Positions 23,211 through 34,966 of a stretch of DNA of 64,000 nucleotides are shown piece by piece. The translations under genes and the position numbers were made by a program. Each line of letters opens with the position of its first letter. The first letter of the stretch is position 1. Origin of the DNA: Scyliorhinus canicula (taxonomy: Eukaryota); assembly GCF_902713615.1 (NCBI RefSeq), contig NC_052151.1:118764123-118828122 (forward strand), written 5' to 3'. The notes under the pieces were generated by a model. It saw only the letters and a program-made list of their open reading frames with translations. It made no database searches and was not told the DNA's origin.

Positions 23211-24676
23211 TGTGGTGGTATGGATATGAGCACTGCCATTGGTGCAGAGCACTGGCTTCCCATTGGCTCTGGCTGGTCATGTGCCTCTCATCCGATTGGT
23301 TGGGACTAGTCACTTGACTGCTCTCCAATTGGTCGAGAGGAAAGTAGGCCCCGCCTCCGAGGCGGGGTATAAGGACCCAGAGTTCACGGCGGTCGGCCAT
23401 TCTCTGTAGTCGACCACCGGGCTAACAACTAGCTGATTAAAGCCACAGTTCGGATCCTAATTGTGTCTTGAGTCGAATTGATGGTACATCAATTTAATCA
23501 GCTAGAATTTTGGAATGGAGCTTCGCATCAAGCCTGACTGCCTCCGCACCAGCCCGCATGCTGCAAATCCGTCTGCAATCTTTAAACACTGGCAGGCGTG
23601 TTTTAATAGTTACCTGACAACTGCAGCCGGCAAGCCCACCAAGGAGCAGAAACTCCACATCCTCCACTCATGCGTGGGCATATCGGTCTACGCAATGATC
23701 GAGGACGAAGGCGACTTTGATGCGGTCATGGAGATACTCAAAGGACACTTTCTCCGGACGGTCAAGTATACGCACGGCATCTCCTGACTATTAGACAACA
23801 GTTCCCTGGTGAGTCACTCGACGGGCTTTACCAGGCCCTCGCAGCTCTAGGGAGAACGTGCGCATATCTCCAAGTTTCGGTGACTGAGCACATGGAACTT
23901 TTAATCAGAGCCACTTACGTTGCTGGCATGTAGTCCCCTTCTATCCGCCAACGATTGCTGGAGAAGAACGCCCTCAGCCTAGCTGAGGCACGGACTCTTG
24001 CAACCTCCCTGGAGGTTGCTGACCTGAATGCCCGCGCATACGCCCTGGGCCGCGCAGCAACCCCCTGGACTTCATGGCACGCGCCACCCCCATCCTCCGT
24101 GGACCCCGACCCCCCTCCAAGCCTGCGCCGAGGGTCGCTCCGACAAACTATCGGGGCCCCGCTGCTATTTCTGTGGTCCCTCCAGGCACCCCCGCCCGCG
24201 CTGCCCGGCCCGCTCCGCTCTGTGTATGAGCTGCGGGAAGAAGGGCAACTACGCGGTGGTCTGCCAGACCAAGTCGGTCGCTGCTGTTCCGCGCAGCGAC
24301 CGCGGATCGCCCCCCCCCCAGGTCCCCCCAAGGCCCCACGTCGCGCACCAACCTCTCCGGCCTGCCTCCCGGCTCCCGCAACGGCCCCACGATCCTCCCA
24401 ACCCGCGCTCCCAGCTGCCCCGACCGGCCCGCAGACGTCGCTGACACTGCCCCCAGCCGCCACGAGGGTCGCACAGGCGCCGCCATATTGGGCTCCAGAC
24501 GCCATGTGCGGGCCATGGGCGCCGCCATCTTGGGGCCCCGGCTCCACGTCCGGGTCCTGGGTGCCGCCACCTTGGGACCCCGACTCCACGTGCGGGTCCT
24601 GGGAGCCGCCACCTTTGGCCTACATGGAAGGCCCTGCAAGCGATTACTCTGCCACTGAGGATGATCTGAAACTCTG
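23211..24676 (+). mobile_element. Gypsy LTR retrotransposon 5' fragment (5' LTR plus disrupted gag)
   Basis: LTR 23211-23491 (TG..CA, TATAA at 23368, ATTAAA at 23436); gag from 23515 (MELRIKPD..FKHWQACF..RQQFPGESLD..IRQRLLE) with tandem Zn knuckles CYFCG..HPRPRC / CMSCGKKGNYAVVC; frameshifts; no pol. Confidence 0.85.
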
Positions 24677-25889
24677 TCACCGAGGATGGCCAGTCTGTTT
24701 GTGCGGAAAACGCATTTGTGTGTATGAAGGGCGGGTATGAATAGATCGCTTAACGGTGGGGGGGGGGTTTAATGGGGGGGGTCCTGAAATGGAGGTGAGG
24801 CGCTTGAAAGAGGCATGAAAATGAGGGTCCCTCAGCTACCCCATAGCCGAGTGACCTCATTTGGTTGGGGTGGGGTGGGGGAGAGTGAAATTTTTGTGGG
24901 TGGGAGATGTGGGGCCCACAAACGGGGACAGGTCGAACAGCACTTGGAGATGGTGGGCGGGGGTCTCACTAGGCGATCAGTGACCCGACCCAGGTAACTG
25001 GACAGGGTGGCACCCTGGCACTGATGCCACCCAAGCACCTTTGCACTACCAGCCTTGCACCCCGACAGTGCCACTTGGCTACCCTGGCACTGCCACCTCG
25101 TCATCAGCCTGGCACTGCCAGGGTGCCCAGGTGGCACTGGCAGGGATACTGCCAGGACGGCAGTGCCAAGGTGCCCAGAAGTAACGCCTTGTTTTTGGTG
25201 AGATCATGCTCTAAGTGGTAAATACCATTGCGGATCTCACTGAAAAAAACGGTGAGAAATACTCTGCCAAACTCATCCAAAATGACACTTAGAATTAAAA
25301 AAAAAATGTTTTTATTCAGGTTTCTCATTTTATACAATACAAAATAAACACGTCTGTGTAAACCAGATACAATTTACAAAAGCCAAACATTGGAGGTAAC
25401 CCCCCAAGTCCCTACCCCCCCCCCCCTTACCCATCACCAACTCCCCTTTCCCTTTTATATTACTTTACACAATCTTTACATCTGTACATTGTACAATAGG
25501 TGAACGAGACAGTTCGATGTATAGTTTTGTTACTGTCGGCCATATTATGGGCAGCACAGTGGTTAGCACTGTTTCTTCACAACGCCAGGGTCCCGGGTTC
25601 GATTTTCAGATTGGGTCACTGTCTATGCAGAGTCTGCACGTTCTCCTCGTGTCTGCGTGATTTTATTCCGGATGCTCGGTTTCCTCCCACAAGTCCTGAA
25701 AGTCGTGCTTGTTAGATGAATTAGACATCCTGAATTCTCCCTCAGTGAGGCGAACAAGTGTCGGAGTGTGGTGACTAGGTAATTGCATTGCAGTGTTAAT
25801 GTAAGCGTACTTGCGGCACTAATAAAGATTATTTAATATGGCTTTGTTGGGCGGGTGGGCCTTCTGGCCCCCTCTTCGGTCTCTTCCCA

Positions 25890-26149
25890 TTTCTAGCTAC
25901 CTGTGTGATAGGTAACCAGTGCTACTCAATCCTTGGTTGATGGTGATGAAGAAGACTCTAACTTGTCCAGTTACAATAAAGGTTTATTCAGTAACTATAA
26001 CAGCAAGTGCATGAGTTCTTTACTTTAACTTTGATACTAATGATAAGGTTAACAAGATCCAACAACAGTAACTATATGTAACTCCACTAACTGTCTGTAG
26101 TATTCTAATATTACCCTGATCACAGTGCGCCCGAGAGAGAGAGCGAGTA

Positions 26150-26185
<36 letters not shown>

Positions 26186-28886
26186 AGGGAGACACAATGT
26201 GGTTGCTTTTTATCTCCCTGTTGGTCCGGCTCTCTAGTGATCATGTGGTGCTGCTGATTATACATTGACCCCTTGTGTACATGCGCATACAGAAATCACT
26301 ACATCCAGCCTTTTTTCTTGTGTTACATATTTTCTGTATGTTGTAAAGAAAATTGAACAAACATAATGGATGCAGTTTTCTTGAGACAGGTAGACAAATA
26401 ATGCTGTGTACTATTTGTGATGATATTGATGATGATACAAAGCCTATTAATATCTATGAGTCCAATCTCAATAAAAAAAGAGTCTGTGAGTCCAAACTTC
26501 ATGAATTTATTCGGGTGAGTTGCTTTCTTCTTCTGTTGTTGAAGTGGTGATGTTGATGATGTTATATCTTTGTGAACGTCATCAGTGTTCCTGTGTTTAA
26601 GTAACCAAGAAGTCAGCAATGAGATGTTTGAACGTTCAAATCACTTTGTTGTCTGATTTATAATTTTTTGTTTTCTATGCTTGTGGTAGTGATGCTATGT
26701 TACATCTTTGATGTCTGACCTCGACTTTTTCCTGTGCATGTGGTATTGATTCTGTATGTCATCTTTGTCATCTGACCTGGACATTTTCTTGTGTGTGTGG
26801 TATTGATTCTGTATGTCATCCTTCTTGAAAGCTGGTTTGCTTGTGTGTTGTGGAGCAAATGTGAATTTGTGAGATTCATTTGTCATGTCATGGCATGTTT
26901 GTACTCTTGTCATTGTTTTGCTTCTTGTTGTTTTTGTTGTTCTTGTAGTTTGTGTTGTTGTTGTGCTTCTGGTTTCACTCAATGTGTGTTCCGTGTGGAC
27001 AATTTGAGTAATTGTCACAGTTATTGGCGTCAGTGTCCTTTGTGGTGTCTGTTACATTGAGCGTTCCTTTTGAGAATTGTGAGATGTTGTATTGATGTTC
27101 GTAACGTCAGTCATTTGTGGTGGATTTGATTGCTCTTCTTTGTTTCCTTGGTGCCCCTCTGCTGGAGACATTTCCGGTACATTTCAATCATCTGTGATCT
27201 CTTTATGCTCCTCTTCAGGAGTTATTTCTGGTTCATTTGAATCACCTTTGATTTCTTGGTGCTCCTCTTCTGGAGTTAAAATCTTCAAGATTTCAATTGA
27301 CGTGGTCTCAATGGATCCAAGAGTAGACCTACTCTGTGCGTCAGTCCAGATGAGCTGAGATCTGTCAGTCTCACTGCGACCCTGCAAACTCTGTATGTCG
27401 AGTGTGATCACTTTATCACTGTTTTCACACACAGTGGGTAGACATTCAGTGTCTTCTTGCCGGTTAAATGAGCTGGGTAGACTTTCATAGTCTGCTGCGG
27501 GTTGCTCAGATAAGGTGGATAGACCTTCATAGTTTCCTTCATGCACGGTTGTCGCTCTTTAATTGTTTGCATTCTGGAGTCTGTCGCTGTGGAGGCTTGT
27601 ATCGCTCTCTCTGTGGAGTCTTTCATCGCTCTCTCTGTGGAGTAGATTTGTGCTCTTTGCGTGGCATCGCCTTATTCTTGGATATTGCTGTCATCCAATG
27701 TATCGACGATCATGGTATTGGATTCATCTACCCTGAGAAGATTCGTGTTGAGCTTTTCAACCGTGTTGCTGTTGCAATGATCATACATTCCGAATAACTC
27801 ATCCATGTCTGAGCAGTAGTCTTCAATGAACAAATCATCTATTTTCATTTCGGATTTGTCACTGTTATTTCTATGTCCAATGAGGAACTCATCATCTGAG
27901 TAGTAATCATCAATGAACAAATCCTCTCTTTTTACTTTGGATTTGTAATTGTGCTCTCCTCTTTGGGTGTTGCAAACTGATTGTTCCAGGGTGCTGCGGA
28001 GGTAATCTTTAACTGTGGGTGGAGGAAAAATGTTTGTGTTTTGTCGCTTTAAATTTCTTTTTTGCAATTTTCGAGCATTTCCCTTTTAAGTGGTTTAAGT
28101 AATTACAGCCTTGTGCTAGTATCTGGAGGTCTGCAATAAAATCAATGATTGATTCTCCAAATCTCTGGCACCTATTATGAAATTTTAGTCTTTCCAGCAT
28201 CTCACCAGACTGACTCTTACAGTGTTCTTCAAATTTTGCGATAATTTGCACAGCGGTCATGTCCTTAATTTCCAGAAATAGATTAAATTGTTGAAGGAAA
28301 AATTTCCAATTATACTGGAGATTACCAGAGGTTCTGGAGCTGGAAGTGAGTCCATCTTACCGGTTTTTTTGTTTTGCCAGAGATGTCCGAATGCTGCGAT
28401 GCCTTCCGTGGTCGAATATTTATTCAAATTTTTTTTTCTCTTGTTGTTTAACCTTATCTAACTAGTTCTGTTAAAGCCACTCACCTGGTACCATGTCTAG
28501 CTACCTGTGTGATAGGTAACTAGTAATACTCAATCCTTGGTTGATGGCAAGATCTTCTGAATCTTGATGAAGATTCTTGATGAAGTCATCCAGTAACAAC
28601 AAAGGTTTATTGAGTAACTATAACAACAAGTGCATGAGTTCTTTACTTTAACTTTGATTCTAGTGATAAGGTTAACACGATCCAACAACAGTAACTATAT
28701 GTGACTCCACTATATGTACTATTCTAACATGACCTTGATCACAGTGCACCCGAGAGAGAGAGAGACTGAGGGAGACACAATGTGGTTGCTTTTTATCTCC
28801 CTGTTGGTCCGGCCCTCTAGTAATCATGTGGTGCTGCTGATTACACATTAACCCCTAGTGTACATGCACATACAGAGATCACTACA
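25890..28886 (-). mobile_element. Same LTR element, unit B
   Basis: LTRs 28886-28494 and 26303-25890; gag IIAKFEEHCK..ERLKFHNRCQRFGESIIDFIADLQILAQGCNY. Confidence 0.8.
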
Positions 28887-31800
28887 ACAGTGTCCCCTAC
28901 TGATTTTTCCCTGGGTACGTCCCTTGCTGCTCCCCTTCCTCCCACCTGTGGGTGTTGTCTGCCAAGCCTCCCTGGCACTATTGACACTGGTCTTCCACCT
29001 CCAGGAAGAACCTGGTCATGTGGGTTCTGGTTAGGTGCAATCTGTGCAACACTTTGTAGTGCATGAGGCATAGCCTTGTGCAAGCGGTGGTGGAGTTCGC
29101 CCTGCTCAGTGCTTCACTCCAGAGTCCCCACCCTATGTTTGTCCCTAGTTCGTCCTCCCACGTCTGTCTTGCTCCATGTAATGGTGTTCTCACCTTCCTA
29201 ACAGTTGTCCCTAAATGTCCCCACAGTTCCCCTTCTCAATACTGTCCACGTCTATCAGTTCCTCCAGCAATGTGTCTCTTAGGGCCCGGGGGTACCTCGC
29301 CGTCTCCTTGCGGAAAAAGTTTTTGATTTGCAAGTGTTGGAGCTCCTGTCCGTTCGGTAGCTCCAGTCTTCCTGTCAGCTGGTCCAGGGTTGTGAGTCTG
29401 CCCCCATGTAAAAGTCCCAAATCGCTAGCGTCCCCCCAGTCTGCCGCCACGTCTTAACAATGGCGTCAAGCATGGCTGGTGGGAATTTGTGGTTACGGCA
29501 TATGTGGGCCATGGTGGACATCCCGGTTAAGCCGACGTGCTGTCTCATCTCGATCCAGATTTTAACATGGCTACCACCACTGGGCTGGATGTGTACTTTG
29601 CCAGGGTGGTTGGGAGCACTGTCGTGGCTGGGGCTGGGAGAGTTGTTCCTGTACAGGAGGACTCCTCCATTTCACCCATTCGTTGCTCGGCTCCCTTACT
29701 CACCCCCTCACTCTCTCGGCTGTGGCTTTGGTGGTATTGCGGGTTCGGAAGGGCTAAGCCTCCCATATTTCTTCTCTGCAGTGTATTTTTAAGGATTCTT
29801 GCCCACACAAACGCCACAATCATTTTGTCTAATCCTTGAATAAAGGCCTTGGGGATGAAGATCGGTTTGGATCTTCTCAATGGTATTGACATTTCAGAGT
29901 TAAGATCCTGACCAGTGAGGTCCTAATTGAGAGAGCTATGTTACATTTATTCTAGTCTTTTCCATGACCCTCCCTGGTAACTTGATCTAGATCGTACTAT
30001 TTATTTCAACGTTTTAACTAGTTTTGGCCTTATTGAAAAGATTTTGGTATTTGATAGAATTTAAGTCCCCTTCCTAATGATAAAACTTGGACAGCAAACC
30101 CTGTGGAGAAACAGGGATTCATTCTGAACTTCCACATTTAACTATGGATGTGCAGATACTGGAAGTTGTGCTATCAGCCTTGCACTGTATCACTACTCTA
30201 GTGATCCCTGGCGCCAGGGAGTCTGGTTTGGTCCCGATCGTTTCAATGTATCTAATTGTTCCTGGGGATTGCTCATTAATATGTAGATGGTTGCTGGTTT
30301 TGGGTCTGTCTGGGGTTTTGCGAGTCTTAATATACAGAAAACCTTGCACCTGCTTGTTTCCCTGTTCCTGACCATTTTTCCCTGTGTTCTTTGCAGGCCT
30401 CCATTTTGGAATCTGGAAGTGGCCATCCGAGGTGGCTACACTGTCACTAATTTGTACCAACTGCAATAGATGATTAACCATTGCGAAAACCAGTGAATGG
30501 GGAGAGTTTTTATTCTGGTGGGCTGCTCCTCTCAGCCAATGTGATGATCAAATCCTCAGCCAAGTGTGGTATCAATCTAGGCCAGAGCAGGTTCATTCGC
30601 TAGACAGCTCATCTCAGCTCAGAAGATTTATTTAAGAACTCGATTGTAACTTTGGCATTTCTATTTGCTCATCTCTCGTTTTGTGGCATTGCTGACCATG
30701 AATTTGGGATTGCCATACCTGAAAAGTTATATTATCTAATGAGTCAATCAAAAAATGACATAAGATATACAGTGGATAGGCAACAATACAGACCAGTGAA
30801 AAATGAAATATTTCAATTAAAATAATCAAATCCCATTGTGTAGAAAGAGGCTGTCGTATTATTCACCCTTGGGTAACATGGACTGCAACTAGATGCAGTT
30901 GTACTTGAATGTAGACTCCAAACTGTGATGTTAACTCAATATGCTTTATTGAACTTGTTAATCAGTGCACAGTTTGCTGTGGGTTTACACTCCACTAATC
31001 TAAGCATGCTTACTATAATTAACTAGTCATGACTAGCTCTGAGCCATGTGTAGAAGGTGCTAACTGATATATACATCGAGACTGTCACTACAGTTGGCAC
31101 CAGTGGAAAGAGGCGAAGTGTTGATGCCTTGTGTGTTTTATAGTGGGAAACCACCTTCTAATGTTCTGCCTGGTGATTGGTTGTATGCTGTCCTGTGTTA
31201 TTGGCTGTCTGTATCTCATGATGTGCATGTGTGCATATTATGACCAAGGCCATTCTGCTCATCATGCCTGTGCTTCTTCTTTGAAAGTGCGACCCAGATT
31301 GTCCCACTCCAGATTTTCCCCTTATCCCTTCAATTAACCCCTTGAAGAACATATCCAGTTGCTCTTTCATAGTTCAGATCATGCGTTTCAGATTTTACCA
31401 AGCATACGCCATTTCCCTACAAGTTCTTGAGCAAACTATTTTAACCTCTATTTTGAATATGTGTACTAGGTCTCTGTTAAACTTCCTTATTTCCAAAAAC
31501 AATCCCAGCATCTCCAGTCTCTATGCTGATGTCAGACCAGACATCAATAGGGGCTGGATACTGGACAGAAACCCAATATTTTATTTTAATTTTGTACAAC
31601 TGAGTGGAAAAGGATAACTCACTCAAAGAATCATTTCACACAAATAGGGATTATGGTATAGTATTAAAATTTCTTTAAAATCAGTCATGGAATTTACAAT
31701 GCAGGAGGCCATTCAGCCCATCCAAGTCTACGTCAGCTCCTGAAAGAGCATCCTACACAAGCCCACATCTCCACCCTAACCCCATAACCTAGCAATCCCA

Positions 31801-32209
31801 CCTAATATTTGGACACTACAGAGCAATTTAGCATGACAAATCCACTGAACCTGCACATGTTTGGACTGTGGGAGGAAACGGGATCACCCGGAGGAAATCC
31901 ATACAGACATGGAGAGAATGTGCAGACTCTACACAGACAGACAGTGACCGAAGCTGGGAACCGAGCCAGATCACAACTCCCTCTTCCTCAATCTCTTCAG
32001 GGTCAATCCAAGCTCATCTTATCCCTGATGAAATGGACTGGTTCAGTTGCTCTTGTTCTTAATAACCTACGAGGGGATTATTTCTTGCAGACCCACCCGA
32101 CCAAGTCCTTCAATGCCTCAATCTTTAATACAGGAAGATTCAACCTTAGCTCTTATGCCCCATTCTTCATTCTGGCCAATCAGCATCAAGCCTGCTCAGA
32201 ACAAGATGT

Positions 32210-34394
32210 ACATAGAACATAGAACACTACAGCGCAGTACGGGCCCTTTGGCCCTCGATGTTGCGCCGACCTGTGAAACCATCTGAAGCCTATCTGACCT
32301 ACACTATTCCATTTTCCATCCATATGTCTATCCAGTGACCACTTAAATGCCCTTAAAGTTGGTGAGTCTACTACTGTTACAGGCAGGGAGTTCCACACCC
32401 CTACTACTCTCTGAGTAAAGAAACTGCCTCTGACATCTGTCCCATGTGTATCACCCCTCAATTTAAAGCTATGTCCCCTCGCATTGGTCATCACCATCCG
32501 AGGAAAAAGACCCACTGTCCACCCTATCTAACCCTCTGACTATCTATTAAGTCACCTCTCAGCCTTCTCCTCTCTAAACGAAAACAACCTCAATTCCCCG
32601 AGCCTTTCCTCGTAAGACCTTCCCCCCATACCAGGCAACATCCTAGTAAATCTCCTCTGAACCCTTTCCAAAGCTTCCACATCCTTCCTATAATGTGGTG
32701 ACCAGAACTGCACGCAGTACTCCAGGTGTGGCCACACCAGAGTTATGTACAGCTGCAGCATGACCTTGTGGTTCTGAAACTCAATCCCCCTGCTTATAAA
32801 GGCTAGGACACCATATGCCTTCTTAACAGCCCTATTTACCTGGGTGGCAACTTTCAGGGATTTATGTACCTGGATGCCAAGATCTCGGTTCATCTACACT
32901 ACCAAGAATCTTGCCATTAGCCCAGTACTCTGCATTCTTGTTACTCCAGTACTCTGCATTCTTGTTACTCCTTCCAAAGTGAACCACCTCACACTTTTCT
33001 GCATTAAACTCCATCTGCCACCTCTCAGCCCAGCTCTGCAGCTTATCTATGTCCCTCTGTATCCTATAACATCCTTCAGCACTATCCACAACTCCACCGA
33101 CCTTCGTGTCATCTGCAAATTTACTACCCCATCCTTCTACACCCTCTTCCAGGTCATTTATAAAAATGACAAACAGCAGTGGCCCCAAAACAGATCCTTG
33201 CGGTACACCACTAGTAACTGAACTCCAGGATGAACATTTGCCATCAACCACCACCCTCTGTCTTCTTTCAGCTAGCCAATTACTGATCCAAACCGCTAAA
33301 TCACCTTCAATCCCATACTTCCTTATTTTCTGCAATAGCCTACCATGGGGAACCTTATCAAACGCCTTACTGAAATCCATACACACCACATCAACAGCTT
33401 TACCCTGATCCACCTGTTTGGTCACCTTCTCAAAAAACTCAATAAAGGTTTGTGAGGCATGACCTACCCTTCACAAAACCGTGTTGAGTATCGCTAATCA
33501 ACTTGTTCTTTTCAAGATGATTATAAACCCTATCTCTTATAACCTTTTCCAACATTTTACCCACAACCGAAGTAAGGCTCACAGGTCTATAATTACCAGG
33601 GTTGTCTCTACTCCCCTTCTTGAACAAGGGGACAACATTTGCTATCCTCCAGTCTTCCGGCACTATTCCTGTCGACATAAAGATCAAGGACAAAGGCTCT
33701 GCAATCTCCTCCCTGGCTTCCCAGAGAATCCTAGGATAAATCCCATCTGGCCCAGGGGACTTATCTATTTTGACATTTTCTAAAATTGCTAACACCTCCT
33801 CCTTTTGAACCTCAATTCCATCTAGCCTGGTCGACTGAACCAGAGTGTTCTCCTCGACAACATTGTCTTTCTCCAGTGTAAACACTGACGAAAAATATCC
33901 ATTTAACGCTTCCCCTATCTCCTCTGATTCCACACACAACTTTCCACTACTATCCTTGATTGGCCCTAATCTTACTCTAGTCATTCTTTTGTTCCTGATA
34001 TATCTATAGAAAGCCTTAGGACATGATCCTATCCGCCAACGACTTTTAGTGTCCTCTCCTCGCTTTTCTTAACTCCCTTTTGGTCCTTCCTGGCTAACTC
34101 TCAAGTGCCCTAACTGAGCCTTCATGTCTCATCCTAACATAAGCCTTCTTCCTCTTGACAAGTGCTTCAACTTCCTTAGTAAACCACAGTTCCCTTGCTC
34201 GACAACTTCCTCCCTGCCTGACAGGTACATACTTATCAAGACACGCAGTAGCTGTTCCTTGAAAAAGCTCCACATTTCGATTGTACCCATCCCCTGCAGT
34301 TTCCTTCCCCATCCTATACATCCTAAATCTTGCCGAATAGCATCATAATTACCTTTCTCCCAGCTATAATTCTTGCCTTGCGGTATATACCTAT
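32210..34394 (-). mobile_element. 5'-truncated CR1 LINE (B-specific)
   Basis: ORF2 motifs KSPGPDGIYP, NYRPVSLTS, DFSKAFDKVPH, SGVPQGSVLGP, KFADD, VQFWSPH; (TTCTATG)n tail; empty site at A 12839/12840 and in C. Confidence 0.93.
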
Positions 34395-34966
34395 CTCCTT
34401 TGATGTTCGAATCTTCGATTCCCAAATCCTGATGAGAGCTTGAAAGCAGAACAATCAGATCAGAGGGGCTACCGTTCCATTAGCCGCAATTAAAAACCAT
34501 GCAGTTATCAGATTCTATTTGTATCACTTACCAGCAAACAGTTAGATATCAGAGACCTGAATGAAGTTCAGGCACCAGATCAGATCTGGGGATCAGCACG
34601 TCAGTTCTCAGTCACACAATGTTCCCCCTCTTCAGGAGGCGGGTGATCTCCTGGGGAGAGAAGACAGAAACACCCACCAGGCATAGCTCCACAAGGAGGT
34701 CCTAGACCTGCTCACATCCCCTCCCCAACACTGTGGTCACACTCTGGCCAAACAGGGGTGGGAAGAGAAAGAGGGGGACTGAAATACAGAAAATTAACAG
34801 CCCCCACAGAAACAACCCTTTCAAGTAATGACCATTCAAGGAGGAGATGTGGTTCTTGGAACGCACAAACCCCAGTCATTATTTCCATGGACTCAGACTA
34901 ACCAAATGCAGAGACCAATCAGCTCCCAGACACAAGGAATCACTGCTTTATTGATAATTAATTTGA

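Noticed and set aside
16791-25221. Many overlapping Pro/Gly/Arg-rich ORFs
   Set aside because: Shadow frames in GC-rich MITE, L1 and Gypsy DNA.
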